The position numbers were made by a program, and so were the translations under genes. A stretch of 59,922 nt of DNA, filler included. It is 6 parts of 6 records of this genome, joined end to end, with 100 filler letters (N's around TTAATTAATTAA, not from the genome) between each part and the next. Parts side by side here need not be neighbours in the genome. Positions count along the whole stretch, not along the records: positions 21,231 to 44,310 come from SRR31156797_33993; positions 44,411 to 51,039 come from SRR31156797_34003; 4 more parts are not named here. One strand, 5' to 3'. This document shows positions 39,505 to 51,139 of the stretch, piece by piece. Each line of letters starts with the position of its first letter. Position 1 is the stretch's first letter. A model generated the notes under the pieces. The model searched no databases. It was given only the letters and a program-made list of their open reading frames with translations, and was not told the origin of the DNA.

Positions 39505-42500
39505 ATGATCTCCCTGTTACACCTTACCCCCCTCGCCGTTGATAAAGCGCTTGCTAAAGCTCCTATCGGCGACTCCACGTTTATATTTGATCAATCCTTC
39601 CTCGCCCCCGACGCCGTGCAGGCATCACAATTGCGTGAAGCGACTGAGGTTTTCCTTCGTTCAACGCAACTGCTAGCTCCTGAATTTAAAAACGCGGCAA
39701 AGGCGCTGGAAGGCGCACGTGTCTGGGTAGAGATTCTGCCTTCTGAATTGCTGAATATTCAGGCCACGCTTGAAAGCCTGCGTAATTTTTCCGCCTTGGA
39801 CATCGTCCCGGTCACCGGGAGTCACGCTTTCGCCAAGGCATGGTTTGCCGACAATGCCGAGGCATCCATAGCCTTGAAAGGCGTAGAGTCTTCCGGCCTT
39901 GTCAGTGCAGATTCCATACAGATTCTGTATTCCGCAGTGGAAAAGGATGCAGAAAACGCTTCCATATTCATCTGGGGCGGACTAGGGACACCCGAGGCTG
40001 CAGCAGCTTTCATTGGATCAGGTGCTGCCGGGATTGTCTTCGAGAGCGTCCACTGGCTCACCGATGCCATGGGACTGGATGATGCCGCCAAGGTAAAAGT
40101 TCGAAAACTCAGAGACGACACGACTGTCGTTGTCGGTTCATCAACCGGCATGCCCTGGCGCTTCTTTGACAAGGGCAACTCCAAAGCAGTCCGCCAACTG
40201 ACCGCTACTGCCAACAGCCTCTGCGACAAAAATCCGGACGAAGCTGGTAGGCAACTAACTCGTGCAGCAATGGCTATGACGATTGAACCGTTATCCAGTA
40301 CCTTCTCCGCCACAGAACTCATTCCACTCGGTCCCGAGGCTGCCTTTGCCAAACGCTTTGAAGAAAAGTACGGCTCCTCCATGTCTGCTTTTGCGAAATT
40401 CGCAGCGGACGTTCGCCGACTGCTTGCAGCATCTCCCGACATCTTGAAACGCTTTGATACCAACTCCACAACAAAGGCCCTTGGCGTCAGGTACCCCGTC
40501 ATCCAGGGAGGAATGACCTGGATTACCGACAATTTCGCCTTTGCCCGCGAAGTGGAGAGGTCCGGCGCATTACCGACCATCACCGTGGGAATGCGCAACA
40601 CCAAATATTTGGAGCAGGATTTCGGAGCAATCCGGGAAGAGATGGGGGACCGCCCCTATGCCGTCAACGCCCTGCTGCTCGATGAGAATCCGTACCGCGA
40701 CGAGCAGCTCGCTTGGATCGAAAAGATCAGGCCGCCGTTCGTCACCATCGCGGCCGGAGACCCCGCATACGTCAAGCGATTCGCCAAGCTCGGCATTCAC
40801 GTAATCTACCTCGCCGCTACTGTCGGCCTGTTGAAGCTCGCTGTAAAGGCAGGTGCCGATTTTGTGGTTCTGGAAGGCAACGAAGCCGGAGGACATGTCG
40901 GCAAGAACTCCACTCTCACGCTTTCCCAAGCAGCATTGGCCCTTCGGCAGGAGACTCCAGACTTTTTTGCCAAGACCAAAATCATCATCGCTGGTGGCAT
41001 ATACGACAGGAAAACCGCGTACCGTGCCGCCATGCTCGGAGCAGACGGCGTACAGATGGGCACGGCCTATCTCGCGACTAGAGAGATCCTGGAAACCGGA
41101 GCACTACGCCAGCAGTATCAAGAGCTGATCGTAGACGCCAAGCCGGGGGGAACCGTGCTGTCCGGCGAAAGCATCGGACTTCGAGTGCGCTCGCTCAGGA
41201 CACCCAAGCTCGACGACATCTGCACCTTGGAACGCAACTTTGTCGCAAAAAACGTGGACGAATCCAAACGCCGTCTTGAGCTCGAAAAAATCAGCATCGG
41301 CACCCTGTTCGTCGCGGCAAGGGGCATCAATCAAACCGATAATTCGACACTAAACGACGATCATTGCCTGCGCGAAGGCCAGTTCATGAGCGGTGCTGTT
41401 GCGGGTAATATTTCGGATGTCGTGTCCCTTGACAAACTACATACAGACGTTGCTGCGGCCCCTTTGACATTCCCTGAATTTTCGAAAGCCGAAAATTCCA
41501 CTGCCGCCAAGTCCAACGACGAACACGAACGTATCGCCATCACAGGCATGGCCGCAGTCAACTCACTGGGCAACACCTACCAGAAGATGTTCGACGCTTC
41601 CATCAACATGGAAAGCGGCGTCGGTCGGGTTCCCGCTAATCGTTGGGACCATTCCAAACACCTTGCATCCAACGCCCGCGTACCCAATGTGTATACCGAC
41701 ATCGGGGCGTTCATTGATATCGAGATCACCCGCAAGGACATCAACGTTTCCCCACAAAATTTTCGGACCATGGCCGAATCAACACGCCTGACGCTTCTTT
41801 TGGCAAAGCAGGCGTTGGAAGAATCCGGCCTATTGAAGTCAGATATCGAAAGGCCACGAATCGCCGTCATCACTTCGCAGAACTCCGCTGAAACGGCGAG
41901 CACATTCAAGGACCAGCTCATCCATGTTTATGCTGAGGAACTGGTCGATAATCTAGCAAAATCCATCCCCATGACCGCTGAACAGCGAACAGCAGCCATC
42001 AAGGACATGCGTGACTCGGGCATGAAACCGGATGACACGACACTCATCGGCCGTCTCAACTGCACCGCTGCAGGGTACATCTGCAACCAGTACGCTCTCA
42101 ACGGCCCAAGCTATTCCGTCGGAGCCGCCTGCGCATCAAGCCTTATCGCCCTGCATTGCGCTTTGATGATGCTCCGACAAGGCATCATTGATGCGGCCAT
42201 CGTCGGCGGGGGCGAAGAAGTCCTCACTCCCGGCCACTACTATGAATTCTGCGCCATCGGCTCTCTGGCGGGCATGACGGGGGTCAAACGAAAACCGACG
42301 GAATACAGCCGCCCCTTTGACAAGACCAGGGACGGGTTCGTTCTCGGCGAAGGCGGTTCTATGCTGGTCATTGAACGGGAATCCGTAGCCCGAGCACGCG
42401 GCGCGAAAACTCACGCCTACATCAATGGCATTGGAGCCTGCACCAACCATGACGGCATTGTCGAGTCCGTCTCCGCCTCCCAACAGATAGCCCTCAACGC

Positions 42501-44310
42501 TTCATTCAGCGATGTCCCCTACGGCCCGGATGAAGTCGATCTGGTCGAGTGCCACGGCACCAGCACCAATCAGGGAGACCAGGAGGAAGTGCACGCCCTA
42601 ACCGCAATCTTCCCTGAAAACAGTGGGACAGTCCTTTCATCTTTTAAATCACAAATCGGGCACACTCTTGGAGCTTCGGGCATTACCAGCCTTATCAGGG
42701 GTGTCAACGCCATGAAGAACGGCGTGCTCCCAGCCACCCTGAATTACGAAACCCCAGATCCTGAAGTCGGCATTGAAAAAGCAGGATTTCGGGTGCTAAC
42801 AAAACCGGAGCCGTGGCCTTCCCCCGAAGGACGTCCCCGCCGCATGCAGGTGAACGCCTTCGGATTTGGCGGGGCAAGCTTTGTCGTTCACTTGGAAGGA
42901 ACCGAGGCTGACAGGGAGAACGTTTGGAGTGACGATGGGTGGGAACCCACCACTCAAACCGTAGTGCAGGAAAACAAATTAGTAGCATACCCTGTCAAAG
43001 GCGCATTCGGTTCCGCACGGGTGGCCACAGCAAGAAAAGTCAGAAGTGAAGTGGAATTTCTACTCGGCGAATTGAAAGGCAAGGAGACTATTTCCAACGG
43101 TTTCCTGAACAAACTCGCAAGCAAAGGCGTTTTCCTCGCACAAAAAACATCCAGTCCGTCCGGTCTGGCCTGGATTTTTTCCGGCCAGGGCGGTTGGTAC
43201 ACAGGCATGGGCAAGGAGCTCTATGCCTCAGTGCCTGGCATCAAGGAAACCTTAGATTTCCTCAACGAATGTGCCGACTTTGACCTGCTTGACCTCATGT
43301 TCAACGCAGGTCCAAAAAAGTTCCAAAACACCAGATGGCAACAACCCGCACTATTCGCCCTAGAATACTCCATAGCCAAACACTTATTGGATTCCGGCAT
43401 GAGCCCGGATGCCGTGGCCGGACACAGTCTCGGCGAATTCACGGCGCTGTGCGTTGCGGGGGTACTGTCTGCCGAAGACGCATTCTCAGTCGTCTGTAGT
43501 CGCGGCCGCCTCATGGACGAGGCCGCGGAAATGGTCGACGATCCAGGCGGCATGGTTGCCACCAATGCGCCGTTGGACATCCTCACCAGAAAAACAAAAC
43601 GCTTCCCCAAAACGATTATCACCAATTACAATTCTCCCAGTCAAACAGTTCTCGGCGGCCCTGTGGGGCTGCTTGACGACCTTGTGATCGAGCTTAAGGA
43701 TCAAGGTTTCCTCGCCGTACGACTCAAGGTCAGCATGGCTTTCCATTCCGGCATCATGGCCAGTGTCCACGATGCTTTCGAAGCCGAGCTTGACAGCGTC
43801 ACCTTCAATAAACCGACGATCCCCGTGATTTCCAACGTGAGCGGCGAAGTACATGAAGGTTCACCGGCTGCCATCAAGAGCACCATGATCAAACACATGG
43901 AATCTCCGGTGCTCTGGACCCAGAACACATATACGCTCTGGGAAGAACTGCAGATCCGCTCCTTCCTTGAAATCGGGCCTTCGGATACCTTGAGTACTTT
44001 TATCGGCGACACTCTCCCCAAGGCCGAATGCCAGTCCACATGCCGAGAGGACATGGAACAGGGCCAACTTCTGGACAGCACGGCATGGCTGTGCGCAAGG
44101 GGATACGGCGATATTTCGGACGGGCCGATCATCGAACTAAATGGGGCAGAGCCAACAGCTCTTGCCGTCGCACCGGCGACTCGCGTCGCCACAGGCAGCG
44201 GGTCCATCCTTGACCAAGTAATTCAGATCATCATGGATTCCACAGGCTATGAGCGAGACGAGATTGACCCGTCCATGGACATCCGCCAGGATCTCAACAT
44301 CCGCTCCAGC
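39505..44310 (+). CDS. Type I PKS/FAS: FabK/NMO-like enoyl reductase region - KS - AT - ACP (3'-truncated)
   Basis: EGNEAGGH, AGGI, GVQMGTAYL; KS AACASS, ECHGT, IGHTLG; AT GQG, GHSLG, AFHS; ACP start TGYE...DLNIRSS. Confidence 0.92.
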
Positions 44311-44410
44311 NNNNNNNNNNNNNNNNNNNNNNNNNNNNNNNNNNNNNNNNNNNNTTAATTAATTAANNNNNNNNNNNNNNNNNNNNNNNNNNNNNNNNNN
44401 NNNNNNNNNN
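44311..44410. other. Contig-join spacer
   Basis: N run with TTAATTAATTAA. Confidence 0.99.
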
Positions 44411-44631
44411 CCCTGTTCGATCGGCAGCACCCTGCGGAAATCGCGGCCATGATGAAAGCCGCCGGCCCTGAAAGATGCCTGCTGTTTTCCGACTTCGGCC
44501 AGATAGTCAACCCTCCGTCGGTGGAAGGGTACAAGATGTTTCTGGCTAGCCTGCTGGCCGTGGGCATGAATCCCGATGACCTGAAAAAAGCAGCCGCGGA
44601 AAATCCGGCCAGGCTGCTTGGCCTGGATTGA
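44411..44631 (+). CDS. C-terminus of amidohydrolase-fold protein (DUF6282-like)
   Basis: GPERCLLFSDFGQ, ENPARLLGL. Confidence 0.7.
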
Positions 44632-44692
44632 TGACGGCCTGTTCAAACAGGCCTTGAGAAATAAACTTGAAGTCAACACAGGAGGGTAAAAG

Positions 44693-45493
44693 ATGAAATT
44701 GCGTTTGTTGGACTATGGCGCCCTGACCGCCGACCTTGGCTGGACCATGGAAGCGGCCGGGGTTTCAACCCACAGCGACAACGCCCCGGAATCGCCGCGC
44801 CGTGATTTCCAGATGGTGGGCGCGCTGATCGAACACCCCAAAAACGGCCTGATCCTGTACGAAGCCGGCCCGGCCCCCAACTGGCAGGAACTATGGCCCG
44901 ACCCGGTCAAGGAGGTTTTCGGCATCACCAGGTATACTGAAGAAAACCGGCTGGACAACCTGTTGAAAGCAGCCGGGTACACCGTTAACGACGTCAACGC
45001 CGTTATCATCGGACATGCTCACCTGGACCATGCCGGAGGCCTGGAGTTTTTCCGGGGCCTGGACGTCCCGATCTATTGCCATGAACAGGAAATAAAATAC
45101 GCCTTCTACGCCATTGCCACCAAACACGACTTTGGCGCTTACCTGCCTCACTACATTGACGCTTCCTTTAATTGGAAACCTGTTTACGGCGACGAGGCCG
45201 AACTGTTTGAAGGCATAACCGTGTACAACACTCCCGGACATACGCCTGGCATGCTTTCTCTGAAAGCGGACCTGGGTAACGGCGAATCCTACCTGTTTAC
45301 TTCGGATACCATGTTTTTCAAGGAAAACTGGGAAAACGAGCAGCCTTTGGGCTGGCTGGTCCGGGACATGGCCGGCTGGTATAAAAGTCTGGATAAGTTA
45401 AAAAGAATAGCCGCATTGAACGACTGTAAAGTCGTGTTGGGGCACGACAAGGATGTATTCGACGAACACGCAAAAAGAGGAGTGATCGGATAG
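44693..45493 (+). CDS. N-acyl-homoserine-lactonase family metallo-beta-lactamase
   Basis: HAHLDHAGG, TPGHTPG, LFTSD, LGHD; GGAGG RBS. Confidence 0.85.
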   Translation: MKLRLLDYGALTADLGWTMEAAGVSTHSDNAPESPRRDFQMVGALIEHPKNGLILYEAGPAPNWQELWPDPVKEVFGITRYTEENRLDNLLKAAGYTVNDVNAVIIGHAHLDHAGGLEFFRGLDVPIYCHEQEIKYAFYAIATKHDFGAYLPHYIDASFNWKPVYGDEAELFEGITVYNTPGHTPGMLSLKADLGNGESYLFTSDTMFFKENWENEQPLGWLVRDMAGWYKSLDKLKRIAALNDCKVVLGHDKDVFDEHAKRGVIG

Positions 45494-45576
45494 CGGCGGG
45501 GAACATGCGAGATTACGTTTGCCTGGAAAACTGTTAAGGAATCCATACGCCGCCCGGAACCCCGCCGGGCGGTTTC

Positions 45577-47292
45577 TTAATGGATTTCGGAAGATGCAAC
45601 AACCCGGTTGCGCCCCAGGTTCTTGGCTTTGTATAACGCTTGATCCGCCCGTTTCAGAATATCTTCTATTTTCGCATCGTTGTCCCGGATGTTGGCCGCC
45701 CCGATACTGACCTGGAAATGAAATGATATGTCATCCGTTGAAACAACGACCTCTGATAATTTTTTCCTTAAACGTTCCGCGACCATAAAGGCTTTTTTTT
45801 CATCCGTTTCAACCAATAGAGCAGCAAACTCCTCTCCCCCCATTCTGCCGAATATATCATTTTCGCGCAGAATACCCAGGCATGTTTCAGTAAGCACTTG
45901 CAAGGCCGCGTCCCCGCTTTGGTGCCCATAAGAATCATTGACGTTTTTAAAGTGATCTATGTCGATCATCAAAACAGACACAGGATGACTGTAGCGCCGG
46001 CTGCGAATCAATTCCGCGTCCGCCTTTTCCATAAAACTTCGGCGATTGTTTGCACCCGTCAATGGATCAGTGGAGGCCAATTTTAATATCTCTTCCTCCA
46101 TATTCATTCGCTCTGTTGTATCTCTGAGAGTTTCAATGGCGCCGACAACGTCTCCTTGCGAATCGTAAAGCCTGGAGGCCGCGCCTGAAAGGTAGAGCCC
46201 GCATTCTCCCAATGATGGATGAAAGGTCTCTGAAGACTCCAGCCATCCCTCCTTGTTCCTCGCATAACCCAAGCGGGCTTCCAATTCTCTGTCCGGCTTC
46301 AAAACCAAGTCAATCAATACCGGTCTTCTCTCCCCATAAAACAGCAGGCCGTGTTCATAGTTTCCTTTTCCCACCATCTGCTCGGCGGGAACGCCGGTCA
46401 GTCTTTCAATCGCCAGATTCCAATATAGAATTTTCCCTTCATTATCAATAACCCAGGTTGGGTCAGGCAAAAAATTGATAATGTCCTTTAGCTTTCTTTC
46501 AGAATTGCGCAATGCGTCTTCAGCCTTCTTGCGCGCCGTAATATTCCGGACATATTCTACAACCCCGACGACCTTGCCATTTGCATTAATAATCGGGAAA
46601 GCCGAAAGCTCCACCCAGCCCTGAGCGCCCATTGCCCCTCCACGAGGCGCCGTTTTTACAGCACTACGGCCGGTTGTCAAGGCCTTATGGGCCGCGCAGT
46701 CATCACAGATGGAGTCCCGGTCATGGTAGACCTGATAGCACTTTCGGCCTCGATACGGTTTATCGGGAGTGTACCATTTTTCCATGGCCAGGTTGATTTT
46801 AATTATGTTCATATCCATATCGAGGACTGTGATGCCGTCCTGGATGGTGTCAAAAATATTATGAAAAAACAGTTCGGATTCCCATAAAGCTTCTTCCGCC
46901 TGATTGCGTTCCGTTTCATCAATATAGACGGCAACGATTTCGCCTGAAGAAATCCTGGAAACAAAATTGTCCCGCCATCCGGAAATTCGCTCATCCTTAT
47001 AAAGCGCTATAGGGAAATGCTCTGATTGCCCGGTTTTCCACACCCGGTAAAACACCTCGAGAAGCCCCAGATCCCTGACGCCCGGGAACACCTCGATTAC
47101 GTCTTTACCGATCAAATCATCTTTTTTTACTTGTTCTATCCGTTCGACGGCGCTGTTTACATATTTGAATCTGAAAACTTTACCATCTTCATCCACGTCA
47201 TAAACGGCAATCCCGTGGCTTATGCAGTCCCCTATTTCCGAAAACCACTCGAGCCGCTGCTCGAGTTCTTCATAAGTCGGCTTGTTATCCAT
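45577..47292 (-). CDS. Multi-PAS diguanylate cyclase
   Basis: Three PAS domains, DPLTGANNRR, REND I-site, GGEEF. Confidence 0.92.
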   Translation of the reverse strand: MDNKPTYEELEQRLEWFSEIGDCISHGIAVYDVDEDGKVFRFKYVNSAVERIEQVKKDDLIGKDVIEVFPGVRDLGLLEVFYRVWKTGQSEHFPIALYKDERISGWRDNFVSRISSGEIVAVYIDETERNQAEEALWESELFFHNIFDTIQDGITVLDMDMNIIKINLAMEKWYTPDKPYRGRKCYQVYHDRDSICDDCAAHKALTTGRSAVKTAPRGGAMGAQGWVELSAFPIINANGKVVGVVEYVRNITARKKAEDALRNSERKLKDIINFLPDPTWVIDNEGKILYWNLAIERLTGVPAEQMVGKGNYEHGLLFYGERRPVLIDLVLKPDRELEARLGYARNKEGWLESSETFHPSLGECGLYLSGAASRLYDSQGDVVGAIETLRDTTERMNMEEEILKLASTDPLTGANNRRSFMEKADAELIRSRRYSHPVSVLMIDIDHFKNVNDSYGHQSGDAALQVLTETCLGILRENDIFGRMGGEEFAALLVETDEKKAFMVAERLRKKLSEVVVSTDDISFHFQVSIGAANIRDNDAKIEDILKRADQALYKAKNLGRNRVVASSEIH

Positions 47293-47719
47293 ACTTTTAA
47301 TAATTTTCCAGATACGAAATCTTTTCGCGGCGACCGCCGCTATATCCAGGTTTTAAATTTGGCGGAGGCAATGAGAAGAAATGAGGGCTATTTATTCCCC
47401 GCCGAGGTATTTTCGTCATCCTTGGTGAAAATTTTAAATCATTTTCTCAATAAATTTTAATCTTGCGCATCCACTTTGTCAAACCGCGGGCTTGCCGATA
47501 TGCACATCCAATGACAAATTCCATGAACCGGGCGCATATTTGAAGACGCACGCCGAACACATGGCCAGGCGGCATCCGGAAAAATAGATTAAGAGGAACT
47601 TCCGGAAGCGCCTTGAGCTTATCAGCTATCTGTAATATGCTGGCGCCTGGATCGTTACTTGGATTTGACAACATCGTCCAAACCCTTTTTTAAAAAACCG
47701 GAGGGCGATTATCCGAACC

Positions 47720-48715
47720 ATGAAATTCGAGGCCGCAACTACAGGGTCCGGCGCCAGGCACCTTTTTAATCTGCTTGTGGATAAAGAATATCCACTGGAG
47801 GATATAGAACGAATTTCAGGAATCAGCCGACAGGATCTATTCAATCCGGATATAAGAATTCCAATGGACGGCGTTATGCAGCTTGCGGAAATCGCCTTCA
47901 GGATTACCGGCGATTCCGCACTCGGCCTGCACCTGGCCGAAGAAAAGAGAAATACGCCATACCATTTCATTACCAATTTTGCCCTGAGTTGCGATACGCT
48001 GGAAGAAGCTTTCAACCAGTGGGTTCGATACGCCCGATTGGAATCAGACGCCAGCCGGATTGAACTCCGTAAAGAAGGGCGGGATTCCGTGCTGACCTAT
48101 ATCGACATCTCGCCTTACCAGGCCGTCTGGCTGCGCGAACTATACATGGCGACCATCATGGTCAATTGCCGTAAATTTGTATGCAACGACTTCAACCCCT
48201 TGGAAGTAAGGTTCATGCATGCGGCGCCTTCCTACATACAGGAATACAAGAGAATCTTTAAGGCGCCGGTTTATTTTGGCGCGGATGAAAACGCGATCAA
48301 GTTCAGTTGGAAGGACATGAACCTTGCCTTGCCGACCAGGAACCCCATGCTTAAAGCCGTTATGCAAAAACAGGCCGACATAGCCATGGAGCAAAATATT
48401 GGCATTCAAAGCCCCAAAGATCGGGTAATGGCCTGGATAATCGAATTACTGCCCAGGGGAATGGCTGATCTGAAAACCATTGCCGCGGCCATGAACATGG
48501 AACGCCGGAGCCTTCAACGAAGCCTTAAAATGGAAGATTCCTCATTTTCAGCTTTACTTGAACAGGCACGGCGCCGACTTTCCCTGGAATATTTAAAGAA
48601 GGGTTTAAGCGTCAAGGAAGTGGCCGACCTTCTTGATTATTCGGAGTCCAGCGCTTTCCAACACGCCTTTAAAAGGTGGTTCGGGCAAAGCCCGGGCCAA
48701 TATCGAAGACAATAA
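47720..48715 (+). CDS. AraC-family regulator (OruR/Arabinose_bd_2 type)
   Basis: C-terminal RSLQRSL...LDYSESSAFQHAFKRWFGQSPGQYR. Confidence 0.9.
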   Translation: MKFEAATTGSGARHLFNLLVDKEYPLEDIERISGISRQDLFNPDIRIPMDGVMQLAEIAFRITGDSALGLHLAEEKRNTPYHFITNFALSCDTLEEAFNQWVRYARLESDASRIELRKEGRDSVLTYIDISPYQAVWLRELYMATIMVNCRKFVCNDFNPLEVRFMHAAPSYIQEYKRIFKAPVYFGADENAIKFSWKDMNLALPTRNPMLKAVMQKQADIAMEQNIGIQSPKDRVMAWIIELLPRGMADLKTIAAAMNMERRSLQRSLKMEDSSFSALLEQARRRLSLEYLKKGLSVKEVADLLDYSESSAFQHAFKRWFGQSPGQYRRQ

Positions 48716-48848
48716 ATCCCCTCACATAATTTTACCGCCGTTGTCGCCTAAAATCACTTTATTATGTTTTCATATCATTGGTGCGGTTCGGATTTTGTTC
48801 TATAAAATATAATGAAAGCATAATCATATCCAAGGAAAGGGAATCGTT

Positions 48849-49469
48849 ATGTGGAAAAAAATCATTAACCGGTACACTTTGCTTTACCTTTCCGCCGTCA
48901 TCATCGGCCTGGTCGGCTCCCGCTTTACCTTGCTCCCGGTGGTGGATTACCTGGGCGTATCCAGCGGCGAAGGCGAAATCCATAACGGCCCCTGGGTTAC
49001 AGGCTTGAAAAAAGGGGCAAAGGATCAAAGCTTCATCCAAAAGGCGATTATTTCAAAAATAGGCATCGGCAACCTGACCAAGGAAGAGTCCCTTGTCTGG
49101 AATGCATTTAATGATTCAAGCGGACAACGGCTTCACTCCGAAAATGACTACGAAGTCTTTTTTCCGGGCCCACTGCCGGTGAAAGATACCGGCTTTTGGA
49201 GTTTGACCCTGTACAACAAGGACTATTTTCTGACAAAAAATCCCATCAACCGCTATTCTTTGGGGTGCAAGGACAGCCTTAAAAAGAATGAGGACGGTTC
49301 CTTTAAAATCCTTGTATCTTCCAGAAAGCCGAAGGATGCAACGAACTGGCTCCCCGCGCCGGAAAACGATTTTTTCACTTTAAACGTCCGCTGTTATATT
49401 CCAAAAGACAATATGATTCGCGACCCGAAAAACGTTCCCATGCCCGTGATTCGGCTGATCTCAGGGTAG
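48849..49469 (+). CDS. DUF1214 domain protein
   Basis: FWSLTLYN, NPINRYS, NEDGSF, NWLPAP, RCYIP. Confidence 0.85.
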   Translation: MWKKIINRYTLLYLSAVIIGLVGSRFTLLPVVDYLGVSSGEGEIHNGPWVTGLKKGAKDQSFIQKAIISKIGIGNLTKEESLVWNAFNDSSGQRLHSENDYEVFFPGPLPVKDTGFWSLTLYNKDYFLTKNPINRYSLGCKDSLKKNEDGSFKILVSSRKPKDATNWLPAPENDFFTLNVRCYIPKDNMIRDPKNVPMPVIRLISG

Positions 49470-49494
49470 AAAAAGCAAACCGGGGAGAATAAAA

Positions 49495-50061
49495 ATGAGA
49501 CGTAAATTATTTCTGCATATGTTTATTTGGATTTTAATTCTGGTTGTAAGCTGGACCGCAGGTACGGGGATTTTAATCTATAAGCTGCCCAACCTTATCA
49601 TGAACAAGCTTTCCAATCTTCAAATTGAGCGGGCCGGCGCCCTGGACAAGTGGGTTCACAAACGTTCCACGGTCGACCACAATTTCCGGGACGTCGTGCG
49701 GCCCAATGTGGACACCATCTATTCCTCCATATTCGCCGACCTGGCGGAAGGCCCCTATGTCCTTGAGATCCCGCCGATCGGTAAGTATTGGAGCTTCGGG
49801 TTCTATGCCGACAACACAACCAACTTTCAAATCATCTCCATCAGAACCCATGGAAAAAACAAACTGGTCAAGGCGATACTTGTTCCCGAAGGGTATAACG
49901 GCGACACACAAGGATTGGAGGTTGTCGAATCGCCCAGCAATCTTGTCTGGATTATCGCCAGGTTCAGAATAGAAGGGAAACACGACGAACCCCGAATCCG
50001 CGCCATTCAGGACAGGACAAGATTTACTCCCCTTTCGGATTATAGCAGCACAGTGCAATAA
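49495..50061 (+). CDS. DUF1254 domain protein
   Basis: VVRPNVDTIYS, DLAEGP, YWS, SPSNLVWIIAR. Confidence 0.85.
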   Translation: MRRKLFLHMFIWILILVVSWTAGTGILIYKLPNLIMNKLSNLQIERAGALDKWVHKRSTVDHNFRDVVRPNVDTIYSSIFADLAEGPYVLEIPPIGKYWSFGFYADNTTNFQIISIRTHGKNKLVKAILVPEGYNGDTQGLEVVESPSNLVWIIARFRIEGKHDEPRIRAIQDRTRFTPLSDYSSTVQ

Positions 50062-50119
50062 ATTTATGTTTTAGGACAGTGAACGGCGAGCTGAGGCAGG
50101 AGGTTGGAAATATTTTTAC

Positions 50120-50557
50120 CTAGGATTCAATTCGATCGATGGTCTTGATTATTTTCGCGGGATTGCCGACTGCAATCACATTGGGCGGGATATCCTTTAT
50201 AACAACGGAACCGGCGCCGATAACCGAATTGTCGCCTATACTCACATTGCGCAGCACAATGGTCCCGACTCCCAAATATACATTGTTTCCGATGACAACA
50301 CTACCTTCGCCGTCATCTTCCGGGTTGATATGCATGGCCGACCGGTCATGGGATACAAGGATGCAGCCGAAAGTGATTGTGCAATTGTCTCCAATAATGA
50401 TTTGGCCGCGCCTGACATCGAATTTTGCCCTCAGGCTGATCATGCAGTCCTTGCCTATTTTCACTCCCGCGGCTCTTAAATAGGCGTTGCGTCCTCCTCT
50501 GAGGGCGTTGCCCAAATAATGAATGGATTTCCGGATTATCAAACTGATTATTTTCAT
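50120..50557 (-). CDS. Hexapeptide-repeat (LbH) acyltransferase
   Basis: IGNNVYLG, IGDNSVIGAGSVV, AVGNPAK. Confidence 0.9.
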   Translation of the reverse strand: MKIISLIIRKSIHYLGNALRGGRNAYLRAAGVKIGKDCMISLRAKFDVRRGQIIIGDNCTITFGCILVSHDRSAMHINPEDDGEGSVVIGNNVYLGVGTIVLRNVSIGDNSVIGAGSVVIKDIPPNVIAVGNPAKIIKTIDRIES

Positions 50558-50662
50558 TCCGCCGCCCTTGAGATTTTATGTGCGCATCACTTGGCCAGGG
50601 TGTGATTATCCGGCGCCCGCCGGCTTTTTTAAATCGGCCGGCAGGCGCATAATAAAATATAT

Positions 50663-51039
50663 TTACTGCGACTTCTTTGTGTTTAAGGCTTTTTCGTAAA
50701 ATTCCTTTTCAAAGGTTATGATTTTTGTCCATCCGCCTTCCTCCAGGATTACGACGACAATGGGCGCGCCCGTGTCGTCATCCTCGCCCAAAAGGCGGGA
50801 AACGCCGTCCCTGGTTTTAAAATGAGTAAAACCGTGCATCTTCATTCTTTCCAATGCTTCAGCGGCTGATGAACCTTCAAAAATAAAAGCCTGTCCGGTT
50901 AATTTATCATCTTCGTAAATGCAACCGGCGCCGATCATGGGATCAAGTCCTTCTACTTCATAAACTTCCGCGGTAAGTCCCAATATCATGTCATTATTGT
51001 GATGAGGTTCGCCGATCAGGGCCTTTACTTCCGATTTGG
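50663..51039 (-). CDS. Hypothetical protein, 5'-truncated by the gap
   Basis: Frame open to the contig edge; KSEVKALIGEP resembles a BamE/SmpA-like motif. Confidence 0.5.
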
Positions 51040-51139
51040 NNNNNNNNNNNNNNNNNNNNNNNNNNNNNNNNNNNNNNNNNNNNTTAATTAATTAANNNNN
51101 NNNNNNNNNNNNNNNNNNNNNNNNNNNNNNNNNNNNNNN
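51040..51139. other. Contig-join spacer
   Basis: N run with TTAATTAATTAA. Confidence 0.99.

Noticed and set aside
9284-51139. Five repeated TTAATTAATTAA motifs within N runs, and ORFs reading through them
   Set aside because: Artificial contig linkers; genes on either side must not be treated as neighbours.
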